A DNA stretch of 64,000 bases from Octopus sinensis (Eukaryota), in NCBI RefSeq assembly GCF_006345805.1, contig NC_042997.1, positions 94,798,001-94,862,000 on the forward strand, written 5' to 3'. The position numbers and the translations under genes are program-made. Numbering within the stretch: the stretch's first letter is position 1; each line of letters begins with the position of its first letter. The notes below the pieces were generated by a model. That model made no database searches. It had not been told where the DNA came from and worked only from the letters and a program-made list of their open reading frames with translations. This document shows, one piece after another, positions 15,070-27,374 of the stretch.

Positions 15070-15361
15070 CTTTGAAAACAATGGTATATCATATTATAAT
15101 CATTAGCTTTTGTGTAGTTACTTTTACCCCTTTGAAGGCTATATGTTACCCAACTGCTGATTACATTACATATATAAAACGTACACATTTAAAAGAAATA
15201 TGTATTTAAAAGAGAGATCAGAAAGGATTTAAACGAGTTTTTAAATTATACATTTTAAAGTGTTCCTGGAACATTTAAAAACCAGATTTTAAATGTTCCT
15301 GCAACATTTAAAACGAGATTTTAAAGTATATATTTTAAAGTGTTCCTGGAATAAGAAATAA

Positions 15362-15750
15362 GCATTTCTACTACAGACAAAAACCTTGAAATTTGGAGAG
15401 GTGGGAATAGTCAATTTCATCGGCCTCAGTGTTTCACTGGAACTTAATTTATCGACCCCGAAAGCATGAAATGCAACGTCAACCTCGGCGGAATTTGAAG
15501 TTAGAGCGTAAAGACGAACGAAATACCTATTTCTTTATTACCCACAAGGGGCTAAATATAGAGGGGACGAACACGGACGACAGACATAGGTATTAAGTCG
15601 ATTACATCGACTCCAGTGCGTAACTGGTACTTAATTTATCGAAAGGATGAAAGGCAAAGTCGACCTCGGCGGAATTTGAACTCACAACGTAACGGCATAC
15701 GAAATACTGCTGCGCATTTCGCCCGGCGTGCTAACTATTCTGCCAGCTTG
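15362..15750 (-). mobile_element. tRNA-headed SINE with tandemly repeated body (same family as 63110-63523)
   Basis: Minus strand gctggcagaatagttagcacgccgggcgaaatg..gagttcaaattccgccgaggtcgactttgcctttcatcctttcg..ataaattaagtaccag. Second body unit at ~15362-15525. Confidence 0.85.
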
Positions 15751-16470
15751 CAATACAAGAAGATTAGATACGGTGATTATAGTGTTAAAAATCGCTCCAC
15801 TCTTAATTGGAACTTAATAAATTCACTCTTTTTATTTTCTCATATTTACTCTGTGGTATTTGCGATACAAGCCATTTCAATGAAAGAGTTGTTATTCATA
15901 AGTTAACGTGTTTTTAAATGAGAATCATGTCATCACATATTTCGATCACATTCTCATAACGCTTGTTAGGCATTAACTGTCTACGGCAAATAGGAATGAA
16001 AGCAATATAAACTACATTTTAAGACAACTATGATTCCGAAATATTGATATTCATGAAGAAAGACCCGATTTAATTAGTAATAACAAAAATAAAGTAAAAT
16101 CGAAGATGTCTAACATGTCTATTAAATATTTGGCATCAGAAAAAATGAATCCCATGGGAACTTACATAATAATGTCATTAAATCATTCGAAAAATAAATA
16201 ATTTTTGTTTTCAAATTCATTTATTTTGTTTATTTGAATTTATAGCAACGGTAATTATTTATTTCCTTTCTAAAATGACGTGTAGAAGAAAATGCTAGTA
16301 AATTTAATAGTTGTTTATGTAATGGAAATATACATTTTTGGAAAAAAAGTCCTTTTCAAATGAGTGTATAAATGAAAACCTAATAGTATAGTAAAGTATC
16401 GAAACAATATTCCGAATTCCTTGCACATTAAGTGTATAAAATGTACTGAGTCAGGTATCATTTCAACGTT

Positions 16471-16512
<42 letters not shown>

Positions 16513-16885
16513 TCGTTTTCTCTCTCCGTCTATACACACGTTGCTATTAGTAACATGCCTTTATTCCCCATTGCTTTTGGCCTGGAAACTTTTAGTCTAG
16601 ATGGAATACTTGTGTTGAACAGTTTTACGACCCTCTAAGTTCTCTTGATTCCCTCTTACTCCCTCTCTCTTTCTCTCTCTCTCTCTATTTTAGATTATGT
16701 CACGTTCCATCTACCTCCATTCCATCATACATATATTTTATGTATGAGTATAAATAGGCGTCTTCAAAACAGTTCTTCACAAGCTTATCTTTATACACAT
16801 ACACGCAAAATTTATTGGAATTTGCTTTGTCTGGGAGAGGTATTTGCAATTCAGTCGCAATACTTCATTTCGTACATATTAACGA

Positions 16886-16960
<75 letters not shown>

Positions 16961-16969
<9 letters not shown>

Positions 16970-17226
16970 ATAACCACGTTCCCAAATAAAAATCACTAAA
17001 TCACTTCATTTTTCAAGCCCCAACAAAGCTGTATGGTGACACAATAGCACTCAAATATAAGTGTGTGGCTTCTTATGAAGTTCATTATGTAATTTCTATA
17101 ATTTCGCGTTTCCTTGGCATTTATTTAACTTTATATTCCACTCTGTACTGGACTACCAGTCTTTTCTGAACCATAAGTACATCGAGTTTTAACAACAGAT
17201 TCGTAGTATTCCTATGCTTAAACGAT

Positions 17227-17260
<34 letters not shown>

Positions 17261-17384
17261 CGCGCTATATTCTTCTCCATCTTGGCCTAAATCGTTTATC
17301 TAAAATGCCTTCCGATTGTCAAGGTGTCCAGAATGTGGTTGTGGATTTATAAACAGGATATGTATATGAATGAGTATATATATA

Positions 17385-17440
<56 letters not shown>

Positions 17441-17697
17441 ATAACCACGTTCCCAAATAAAAATCACTAAATCACTTCATTTTTCAAGCCCCAACAAAGC
17501 TGTATGGTGACACAATAGCACTCAAATATAAGTGTGTGGCTTCTTATGAAGTTCATTATGTAATTTCTATAATTTCGCGTTTCCTTGGCATTTATTTAAC
17601 TTTATATTCCACTCTGTACTGGACTACCAGTCTTTTCTGAACCATAAGTACATCGAGTTTTAACAACAGATTCGTAGTATTCCTATGCTTAAACGAT

Positions 17698-17729
<32 letters not shown>

Positions 17730-17865
17730 CGCGCTATATTCTTCTCCATCTTGGCCTAAATCGTTTATCTAAAATGCCTTCCGATTGTCAAGGTGTCCAG
17801 AATGTGGTTGTGGATTTATAAACAGGAATATGTATATGAATGAGTATATATATATATATATATAT
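16961..17865. repeat. Near-identical tandem duplication, period ~471 bp
   Basis: tgtatgtatataaccacgttcccaaataaaaatc.. starts at 16961 and 17432. Units are bounded by (TA)n tracts. Confidence 0.95.
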
Positions 17866-17941
17866 GCAGAACTATATGCATGTATGTACGGACGCGCACA
17901 CATATACACATACATAGAAGCCAACACACATCCATCCCTCC

Positions 17942-17942
<1 letters not shown>

Positions 17943-18029
<87 letters not shown>

Positions 18030-18111
18030 CTCTACCTGTCTGCCTACCTACCTACCTACCTACCTACCTACCTACCTACCTACCTACCTACCTACATACA
18101 TACATACCTAC

Positions 18112-18190
<79 letters not shown>

Positions 18191-18218
18191 ACTATCTATC
18201 TATCTATCTATTTATCTA
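17943..18218. repeat. Compound (TATC)n/(TACC)n microsatellite
   Basis: Directly visible. Confidence 0.95.
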
Positions 18219-18221
18219 CAT

Positions 18222-18430
18222 ATGGTAGCGCATGGCATAGTCTGTGTTGCAATTATAATCGTAAAGTTTTGATTTTGAATCCTTCACCGGCCAAAGCGAT
18301 GTATTCAGCAAAAAACTTCGCTGCTGTAGTCCACTTTGGTAGCAAAAGAGAATAATCCTGCACGGACCAGCATTCCGTCTAAACGGAGAAATGTTTACCA
18401 CGCAAAATCCTGGAGATCGGTCATGTAATC
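18222..18430 (+). mobile_element. Highly degenerate tRNA-SINE
   Basis: Patchy similarity to the reverse complement of 50995-51238 (gcgcatggcatagt..tgaatccttcaccggcc..agtccactt..cagcattccgtctaaac). Confidence 0.45.
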
Positions 18431-18542
18431 CTATCACTCAAAGGATATTTAATCCATTTTGTATATAAATGCGTATATACAAACAAGCACACACACGCGC
18501 GCGCGCACTCACATTGTGAGTGCGCGCGGATATATATATGTA

Positions 18543-19402
18543 CGATGAGGTACTCAAAAGTAACCAAAACTCGTCTCTGTGAACAAACATGTTGTAGTTG
18601 AGGATTCCGCTGCTTGACGGCACTTGATGCGATCGTTGGGCATTAGTCTGCCGACCATCGTCATGTGGGGTTCTACTGCGTCTTTGTTTTGCAGTGATTC
18701 TCCTCTGTTCATCGATTTGTTGCAATGGCTGCATGCATCAGTGAAATTCTGTTTCCTGCTGGGGCAAACGGTGGCCGAAACAGTTGTCATGCTTCAAACA
18801 CTTTACAAGGTTATTGCCATGAGCAAAACACAAGTGTAGATGTGGTTTACACGCCTTAGGGATGGTCACTTTTCGCTTGAAGACGAACCTCGTTTAGGAA
18901 GATCGTCGACCTCCCGAACGAATGAAAAAATCGTGAAAATTCATGAACTGATCTTGGTGTACCGTAACCGAACGATTGAAAAGCTTGTTGATATGACTGG
19001 TGTGTCTCAGAACTCCTCCCAACGAGTTTTGAGTAAGAAATTGCGAATGAAAAGTGTTGCAGATAAAATTTGTGTCTCACTTGCTCACGAAGAACAAATG
19101 CTGTCACGACTGAATGTTTGTTGTTCACTGAAAGAGCAGTTGCAAGTTGATCTGAACCTTTTCCCGAACCTCATCACTGGTGACGAAAGCTGGTGCTACG
19201 AAATTTGGAGATGTGGAAGAGGTGGCGTCACACGGCATCACTTCGCAAGAGTTACCGCAGTGTTATGAACAGTGGAAAAGATGTCCCGACCGATATAGTT
19301 CTTAAAATGGAGAGTAGTTTGAAGGTGATAAAAGTGTAAACATGTAAAACTAAGTGAATAAAATAGTATTACAAAATTCCGGACTCTTTTGGGTACCCTC
19401 TC

Positions 19403-19403
<1 letters not shown>
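18543..19403 (+). mobile_element. Internally deleted mariner transposon
   Basis: TA-flanked imperfect TIRs (cgatgaggtactcaaaag / cttttgggtaccctctcg). Transposase N-terminus VKFCFLLGQTVAET..WFTRLRDGHFSLEDEPRLGR..ITGDESWCY, then a jump to the C-terminal ..FEGDK. Most of the catalytic domain is missing. Confidence 0.9.
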
Positions 19404-19439
<36 letters not shown>

Positions 19440-19444
<5 letters not shown>

Positions 19445-20197
19445 GAGTGTATTTTACCTTGTTAACAATTAACACGGAAAAATAAATAAATAGTTACCAG
19501 GGCAGCAAAAATCTCACAAGTAAAGATGTTGTAACTCCTTGTTTGTAAAGGTTGAAACTTCGTGTTTACGTTGAATATTTTGAATAATATGAATAAAAAA
19601 TGGAGTTAACGCAGGCTTAAACAAGTATTTTTACTTTCTACATATGTTTCGAAAATTCCACTTTTAAAAGACCACAATGAACAATTTCATTTAGAATGGT
19701 TGATCCTCTCAATTTCGATACCATATGACAAAGGCAAGAACTTCTGTCTTCTCTGCAATTCTGAGCTATTTTTCATTATTTTTTCTAAAGATACTCTAGT
19801 AAACGCGGTTATAGAACGAGCATACAGATGTAAGCATTGGCAGAAACATACTTTTAGTGCATATAAGTAGTCTCTATCATTATATATAGTTTAAACTTTA
19901 ATTTCCTTTATATTTAACATTCAATATTAATATCCCTACTCTCTGTTAGCTACTTATGACGTTATATCACATAACATTTTTTTAAACAATATTAATAGCG
20001 TTCTGTCTATCGCTATACGAATCCATCATATTTTGCTAAAATGTCGTATTGACGAGTTTCGTTTTTTCACTTTCCCGAAGAGAAGATTGCATTGTTTATA
20101 CCTTTATTCATTTGAATAGTATCAGTGGAATTTTCGAAACATATGTAGAAAGTAAAAATACTTGTTTAAACCTGCGTTAACTCCATTTTTTATTCAT
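19440..20197 (+). mobile_element. 5'-truncated Penelope-like element: GIY-YIG C-terminus, 3' pLTR and inverted pLTR copy
   Basis: 19664-19870 encodes LKDHNEQFHLEWLILSISIPYDKGKNFCLLCNSELFFII..LVNAVIERAYRCKHWQKH*, matching the W..PY..CxLCxxE..LN..CRH end of Penelope endonucleases. Inverted arms ~19590-19662 / 20123-20197. (TA)n on both sides. Confidence 0.85.
20069..20153 (+). ncRNA. Minimal type-I hammerhead ribozyme (C-variant core)
   Basis: actttc-CCGAAGA-gaagatt..aattttc-GAAA-catatg-TA-gaaagt: 6-bp stem I, stem II, palindromic stem III. Confidence 0.75.
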
Positions 20198-20236
20198 ATA
20201 TATATATATATATATATAATATATATATATATATAT

Positions 20237-20307
<71 letters not shown>

Positions 20308-20340
20308 TATATATATATTATATATATATATATATATATA

Positions 20341-21521
20341 CATGATAGAAGTAAATAAACACCCAATAAAACATCGTTTTATGTTTATTTTAACTTAAAA
20401 TGGCATATTGTTAAAGGACATTTTTTATCTTTCAGGTTCTAAATTTGTTTAATTATACCACGTATAAAAGAAGCCTTGGAATTCTCCAAATTTCAAAGGG
20501 GCCGTCTTGTGTGTCAATCTGAAAATGGACTTAGCATAAAATCACAGAAAACTTTGGTAGACCTCTTTCTACAGTTAATAAGGTGATTGTGCAATTCACT
20601 AGAGAGGAGAAGGAGTCCACATCACCTTGCCCAGGTTAGCCAGGGCTCTCTCAAAAGACCCTTTGGTTTGTTAAGTGTAAAAGATAATCCTCATTGCAAG
20701 GCCTCTGACATAGCAAAACAAGTTGATGTCAGTCTGAGAACAGCTGTCAGCTATCTTTACAAACTTGGCTACTATGGCTGAGTAGCCAGAAGGAAGCAAC
20801 TTCTTCAAGCAGCCAATATCAAGTGGACAAATAATTGGGCCAGTGAGATGGTGGAGTGGCCACTAGCATTTTGTGACACGGTCATATTCTCTGAGATCAG
20901 ATTGCTGTGTATTCTGACAGTGATCAAGTGTAGGTCTGGAGACACTGATCAAGAATTTGACATGAACAGATTGCTACCAACAATGTAATTATTTGGGGAG
21001 CTATTTGGAGCAATGTTCAATCAAAGCTGGTAGAATGTGATGAAACCTTAAACTGAGGTAAATATGTGTCCATAATGCAGAAAGGACTCCTTCCACTTTT
21101 CTCCTATGGGAAAATGAGTAAAGAAGACTATTTATGGAAAATGGGGCTTCTTCCCACACGGCTGAAAGGACCCAAGATTGGTTGGAAAAGCATGGTATTA
21201 AGAACTTTCGTGGTCAAGTCAGTCCCCAGATATGAACCCCATCGAACACCTATGGAGCATAATGGACGGGACACTTTGTAAAATGAACAAGAATGCATCC
21301 TCAAACCCAGATCTTTTGAAATTATTGCATGAAACTTAGTAAGAAATTCCCCAAGAGAATATTCGTCATCTGATCAGTAGCATATTTTATAGGATCGTTG
21401 CATTGAAAAATGCAAAGAGCATGTCTACTAAGTATTAGATATTAATAAATAATTTGAATTCATAATTTCAGATTTAAATAAATTTTAATTATTGTAAGCG
21501 TGTCTATTTACCTCTGCCATG
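20341..21521 (+). mobile_element. Degenerate near-full-length Tc1-family transposon
   Basis: TA-flanked TIRs catgatagaagtaaataaacac / gtgtctatttacctctgccatg. Transposase relics VKDNPHCKASDIAK..LYKLGYYG*VARRK, VIFSE, WSSQSPDMNPIEHLWS, ending ..STKY*. Confidence 0.9.
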
Positions 21522-21732
21522 TATGTATGTATGAATGTATGTATATATAAATATAGGTATATGTATTCCAGCGCAATTTATGAATTAATTCAAATACACT
21601 GTTTATATTTCATCCGCTAAGTTGGATATTCCATTTGCCGTCGACTGTATTGGGGGTAATATCTTAAGGCTGCATAGAGAAATATATTTCAAATATATTG
21701 AAGTAATATACATATGTATATATATTACCTAC

Positions 21733-21950
21733 TTAAATTTCACGGAAAGATTAAAGTTGAAAGACCTATTAGCTTCACATATATATTGTGGTCTGAACAA
21801 TAAGCTGTAAATATTAATTCTCCTTATTTTACAACATGGTAGTATCTTTGAAGCATGACCATTTATATTGAGGATAGATCGCCATATGGGTGAACAGTTG
21901 CAAGATATTGTTCTATCAGGCATTGTAGTGATGGAATAATCTACTGACAT
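21733..21950 (-). CDS. Candidate internal coding exon of an unidentified gene
   Basis: Acceptor gtttgcAG, donor AA|GTAGGT. Open frame MSVDYSITTMPDRTISCNCSPIWRSILNINGHASKILPCCKIRRINIYSLLFRPQYICEANRSFNFNLSVKF. No recognised homology. Confidence 0.28.
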
Positions 21951-22123
21951 CTGCAAACTTTACGAACAGAGCCTCTATAAATTGCTCACACTTATAAGGA
22001 AATTAAAAGAAGCCAAATCTCAATTAAATATTGTATATAAATTGCAAGTTTCTCTACTTAAAGCTTTTATCATTTACAACACGCATTGAAGGTCGATTGT
22101 GTTATTTCATGATACATTAATGC

Positions 22124-22470
22124 TATTATTATTATTATTTCTTCTTCTTCTTCTTCTTCTTCTTCTTCTTCTTCTTCTTCTTCTTCTTCTTCTTCTTCTT
22201 CTTCTTCTTCTTCTTCTTCTTCTTCTTCTTCTTCTTCTTCTTCTTCTTCTCCTTCTCCTTCTTCTTCTTCTTCTTCTTCTTCTTCTACTTCTCCTCCTCC
22301 TCCTCCTCCACATCCTCCTCCTTCTTCTTCTTCTCTCCTCCTCCTACTACTAGTTGTCACCGCCGTCGTCGTCGTTGTCACCATCATCATTAATATTATT
22401 ATCAAAATTACCAAGGTCATCGTCACCATCGCCGTTATCAACAGCATCAAAGTTATCACGATCATCATCA
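22124..22470. repeat. Trinucleotide compound microsatellite (TTA)n-(TTC)n-(CCT)n-(CAT)n
   Basis: Directly visible. Explains the poly-E/L/R ORFs. Confidence 0.95.
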
Positions 22471-23164
22471 GAACATATATACTTGCAGATGGAAGACATT
22501 TGTGGTTTCGAGAAAGACGTTGCCTTTCTATATGAGACCTAGGTGTTCTTCGTACTAGCAATTCCTCGCTTTATTACCGGAAGAATGGCTCACAAGCACA
22601 ATTGACATTTTATGACATTATAACTGTTATTATTTGTTATAATGTACACGATGTAACCGCGCTACAAATTGTTATAAACTCCTTGAAATTTACATTGACC
22701 GTTCAACCATTTCAATTTATTATTCTTCATAACCCTTGCAATATTAAACCGTAATCAATATCATGGTGACAGATGAAATCTGCGATGCTGTATTGGATTT
22801 GTCACTCAATTTGAAGATAACACCTACAGTTGTAATGTGCAGAATCATCAAATGTTGTACTACACTTTTATGTGTTAAAAAAAGGTTTCTAAGTTTGACT
22901 ATGTATTCGCAATAAATAATTATGTATTACATATTTGAAATGTTGGAAGAAAATTGCGGTTAACATTGTGATATTAATCTGAAGATTAATACCACAAGGA
23001 TTTTACAAAGTATTGTAAGAATATGCCATCAGCACTTCCACCATTGCAAACAAAGAAAGCTCTCTCTCTCTATATATATATATGTACAAGTTGAGGTACA
23101 CGGTCACATACACAGTAGGCATTACAATGCCTCATTTCTCTCAGACGAAATATGAAATCCAGGC

Positions 23165-23660
23165 ATTAGAGCGTTAGGAAATTCCAGCCTATATAGATCT
23201 GCCAGCTCCAAACATCTTAGCAGATCCTGGAAGCAGGCAATAGCTTTTCTACCTGTACACGAGACGAGATAATCTACGCGCGTATTGGAGATTGCATTAT
23301 AGTCACCTAGCACAACTAAAGGATGTGATGTACTAAGAAATTTCTCCAGGTTCCGAAAATACTCATTTTGCCCAGTTGTATGGGGTGCATAAATTGCAAC
23401 CAGTTTGATAGTCACACTACAGTTGAACGTCAAGTCGATGACGACCAGCCTACCTTCTGTATCTGAAAAAATTAACTTTTTCTCAGAAACACAGTTTCTT
23501 TTTAAGGGGACCAATACCCCGCTCCCGCTAGGAGGACAGCTCAGAGCTAAAAAAAACTCTCGTGACCGTCAAACAGCGGGAGCAGATCTCTTGGACCCAC
23601 CTTAACAGGGTTTCTCTAGCAAAAACAACATCTAAATTCCGCGACAAGTTTTGTACACTT
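23165..23660 (-). mobile_element. L1/Tx1-clade LINE apurinic endonuclease domain fragment
   Basis: GRLVVIDL..LVAIYAP..YFRNL..LVVLGDYN..DLYR motifs typical of the L1/Tx1 APE domain. Confidence 0.8.
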
Positions 23661-24091
23661 GTTTAAATACACGTTCGTGGTTATTCTAATTTGAATACCA
23701 AATCATAGATTAAACACATCACAAAAATTGGTAGTATGACATAAGTAGTCATTAATGTTATATGACAACGTTATTTCCTTCCACAAAAGGAATGATGAGC
23801 TGTCAATATTGTACACTACTTTTAGTGTATAGCTCCCCTCATGAATCATTTTCTACATTTGCCCTAGTGTCAGCAATAGCAGCTTCGCTGGTCATTTTAT
23901 TATTGTGCAAATTAAGGCTTCTCAAACCAAAGTTTACTTGTCAGAAAATGTTGTGCATCAAACTTTCAGCTTTCACTTTCTGTATAAATCGATATACACA
24001 CATTTATCATTACAGTTCTATATTTAAGAGATGAGGAATTATGTACATTATTTACAATTGACGGATACTTTTCCTCATCTTGTTTGTTGTT

Positions 24092-24139
24092 AACACAACG
24101 TTTCGGCTGATATACTCACCAGCCTTCATCAGGTTTCTT
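24092..24139 (-). ncRNA. Minimal type-I hammerhead ribozyme (left arm)
   Basis: agaaac-CTGATGA-a-ggctg..cagcc-GAAA-cg-TT-gtgtt on the minus strand. Confidence 0.75.
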
Positions 24140-24186
24140 GGGGAAATTTCGAACCTGGGTTTTCATTTCTAAGGTATTTTTCGATG

Positions 24187-24258
<72 letters not shown>

Positions 24259-24392
24259 TCACTGCTTGGAATCGAACTCGGAATTTTGTGGTTAGTAGCC
24301 CGCACTCTTAACCACTAAGCCATATAGCGTAGTGGTTAAGAACGCGGGCTACTAACCCCAAGATTCCGAGTTCGATTCCAAGCACTGACCTA

Positions 24393-24447
<55 letters not shown>

Positions 24448-24494
24448 CATCGAAAAATACCTTAGAAATGAGAACCCAGGTTCGAAATTTCCGC

Positions 24495-24542
24495 AAGACA
24501 CCTGATGAAGGCTGGAGGTTATATCAGCCGAAACGTTGTGCT
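24495..24542 (+). ncRNA. Minimal type-I hammerhead ribozyme (right arm)
   Basis: agacac-CTGATGA(24502-24508)-a-ggctg..cagcc-GAAA(24530-24533)-cg-TT-gtgct. Stem III is reduced to the palindrome AACGTT. Confidence 0.8.
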
Positions 24543-25535
24543 AACAACAATCAATATGAGGATGAACATCCTTCAATTGTAAATAATGTAAATAACGTAC
24601 ATTTATCTTTACCTTTACTATGTTTAACATCATATTAAGCAAAATCTGATTGGCAGGCCTCGCACACACATGAAAGGGATATTGCATTTCAATGATTGTA
24701 TCATACTTAACGCCGCATCTACTTGTCCGGAGACAACGCCATATCTACTTGAGCACTTGTCTTCATTTTAGCTTCACTGTTACGTATTGTCCCCACTCTA
24801 GAATTTGAAATTTTATAAAAGGCCTTTCATTTTCTTCTGAATCAAACATTTGCAAAATTTAAAGCTTAACATCTTACGAAAACCCTTAAGCTATTCCGTT
24901 TTGCACTTCTAACTTCACGTCAATTTAATAATCTCTTTACACTTTACTTGAAGAGAAATATTGTACTATAAATTATACATACTGAAGTTCAAAACCATTA
25001 TTGAGAAAAAAGAAATTTGTTCTAAGAAAAATTATGTAAAAAAAGAAACTACGATCAGAGAACACAGCATCACCGGAAAAAGTATTTCCCTCATTATTTT
25101 GGACATAAAAATGGAAACGACAAAATAAAATTAGCAGAGGACATGCTGTTTGAATAAATTTCGTGGTAAGGCCCCAAAAAAGAGAAATTGGTACGCACAC
25201 AAAAATATCGCATGAAATAGTCATAGAGTAGGTATATATTGGCAAGAAGGTCAGCTGAACTGGTTCACACCCGGTCCCTGTTGATGAGAGAAAGTGTGTA
25301 GATAATGGCGAGATTTTAAAAATAGGCTTTGCTACATTAGTTTTCAACATTGTTAATATTTACTCGAGTTCCTGTAAGAAGGAATTTTCCGGCCGTCTCT
25401 CAATATTAGACGCCATACATAACAATTGCTCACAAAGTTTAATTCTGTAACTAGAGTTTTCGTAACTCGAGCAATCTTTCTATAAATCATGTTTTTGTTC
25501 GTGTGTGTGTGTAAGTATGTCTGGGGATACGTGAC

Positions 25536-25756
25536 TTTGGTGTTCCGTTTCTGATCATAAAGGCATGGTGAATCTAATTCTTGGACAGTACTGTACATTG
25601 TAACCTTGAAGAAAGCTCCTCCACCGTACTTAGAAGCAACTAGTAGCAGTTGGTTGCTGATGTAATCCTCTCTCCCTCTATCTATACAATTTGGATGTTC
25701 TATTCTGTTGAAATGATCGGGATAATGTCTATACCTGATTGCTACGTCATAGGTAC
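25536..25756 (-). CDS. Candidate coding exon of an unidentified gene (3' boundary uncertain)
   Basis: Acceptor ttttgttaatcgttttAG. Open frame GTYDVAIRYRHYPDHFNRIEHPNCIDRGREDYISNQLLLVASKYGGGAFFKVTMYSTVQELDSPCLYDQKRNTK. Only weak phase-0 donors (after 25605 or 25536). Confidence 0.22.
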
Positions 25757-25893
25757 CTAAAACGATTAACAAAATATAGGACATTTTACCAAGATCTACT
25801 CATCCGGGAATGATGAGTGGCTGCACAGTACTTTATACATACATATACACACAAAATATATGCATCAGTATATCTATCTTCCTATCTATCTAC

Positions 25894-25937
<44 letters not shown>

Positions 25938-27374
25938 GTGTGTTTGTGAGTGCTAGAGGGAAAACCGACAATGAATACGATATTGCATTTGTTGCAGCAC
26001 TTTGCAAAGACACTTCTTTACCACTGCTGCCAACAAAGCTGTAAATGATCCGTCCAAAACCTATTACCAAATACACCCCTTTGTTCACAAACACTGATAC
26101 AAAGCAAGATAAAAAAAGTAAGGTCGAGAAGTTACAGTGTATTGAATTTATTTGTCAGTTAGATATAGCTAAATGGGTAGACGAATTAACCGAATTTGTG
26201 TTTCTGGAAATAGTACCAACCATTTCATTGGATAAGTGTAATTGCTTTCGATGAATAATATATCAATTGACATTCAAATAAATAGCAATCCTAAATATAC
26301 TCAACTCTTATGACCTCAAGTGCATAAATTGACTATAAAACAAATCATGATTATTTAATGATAAACTATGTAGCCTTATAATATGAAAGCTCTAGACTGA
26401 CGGATACCGTTGTTCGGATATTAAGCTAATATTAGTCTCTTTGAAAGCTTTAGATTTCTGCAAGTAACTCTTAATGCACCGTAATAATGATATTCTATTA
26501 CAGTCTTAATATGAATTATCCGTTCAAACATGCTGAATGTATGTGTGCATTTACTATTGTGGATAAATAACAATGATGATTATCATTTGCTCAATGGCAA
26601 AAATTATATTTGATGTCAGTAATGGATTGAATTATGACTGAGGAAACTACACATTGAAATGTATTTAGGTCGGCGCTTTCATATCTCTATTACAACTTGA
26701 TACAAAAAGATTATACAGCATTCTGATTGTTTATAATAATGTGTTATTTTCCATTTAATTATTAAGGAATATGTATATACTAAATCGATAATAATTAAAC
26801 TACTATCTTAATACATTTGTCAAGAGCGCTGTAATCCAGCTGAAATTGTTTCAGTCAACAAACATAGCTAACAAAATTATATTACCTTTAGCAACTGAAG
26901 CGGATAACAAACTGAAGATCGAAACCTAAGTTTAGGATGCTTGTGGTACTCTAGTATTTTGCATCAAGTCTTTCCGACCTAACATGTTAAAAAGTCAAAC
27001 AATAAAGTCTTAAAGAAATACTAGATTAGGGTTGTTGATAATTATTTAATATATTATACTTTTAATTAGTAAAATAGTATTTTGTCGCAATGTACGTTTA
27101 ATCGGATATACTCCAATCCTAACGAATATTTCATAGAATCAAAATATATCAAAACATGAGAAGAGTCACAATAATATATACAGCACTAGACACGTCGGAC
27201 AGTTCGAAATACCTGTGGCGCTGAATTCGTGCGCCAGTTTCAAATCTACCGAGAATTTATGGATTGTCATTGGCTCTAGAATTGGATCTTAAAACACCGC
27301 ATTGTTTGTAGGTTATATTAAGGTTTGGCCTTCGACATTTAATATGCTTGAATCCAGAGATATACGGTCTAGAT

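Larger units (their letters stand above)
24014..24598. mobile_element. Head-to-head inverted dimer of a tRNA-head/(TAA)n/hammerhead-tail element with 14-bp target duplication
   Basis: Arms meet at palindromic ATAT (24322-24325). Each has an A box (tagcgtagtgg / tggcttagtgg), a B box (gagttcgattc), (TAA)n and an HHR. Flanks acatttatcattac (24000-24013) and acatttatctttac (24599-24612). Confidence 0.85.

Noticed and set aside
15235-15350. Short ~33-bp repeats with internal palindrome, CRISPR-like
   Set aside because: No unique spacers, eukaryotic context and no cas genes. It is a small degenerate tandem repeat.
18216-18437. 73-aa minus-strand ORF as an exon
   Set aside because: It overlaps a degenerate SINE.
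22070-22561. Poly-E/L/R ORFs, and similar YIYI, LSIY, HTHT and poly-N/I ORFs throughout
   Set aside because: They are translations of microsatellites.
24322-24390. Functional tRNA gene
   Set aside because: The acceptor and T stems do not pair, so it is a SINE-type head.
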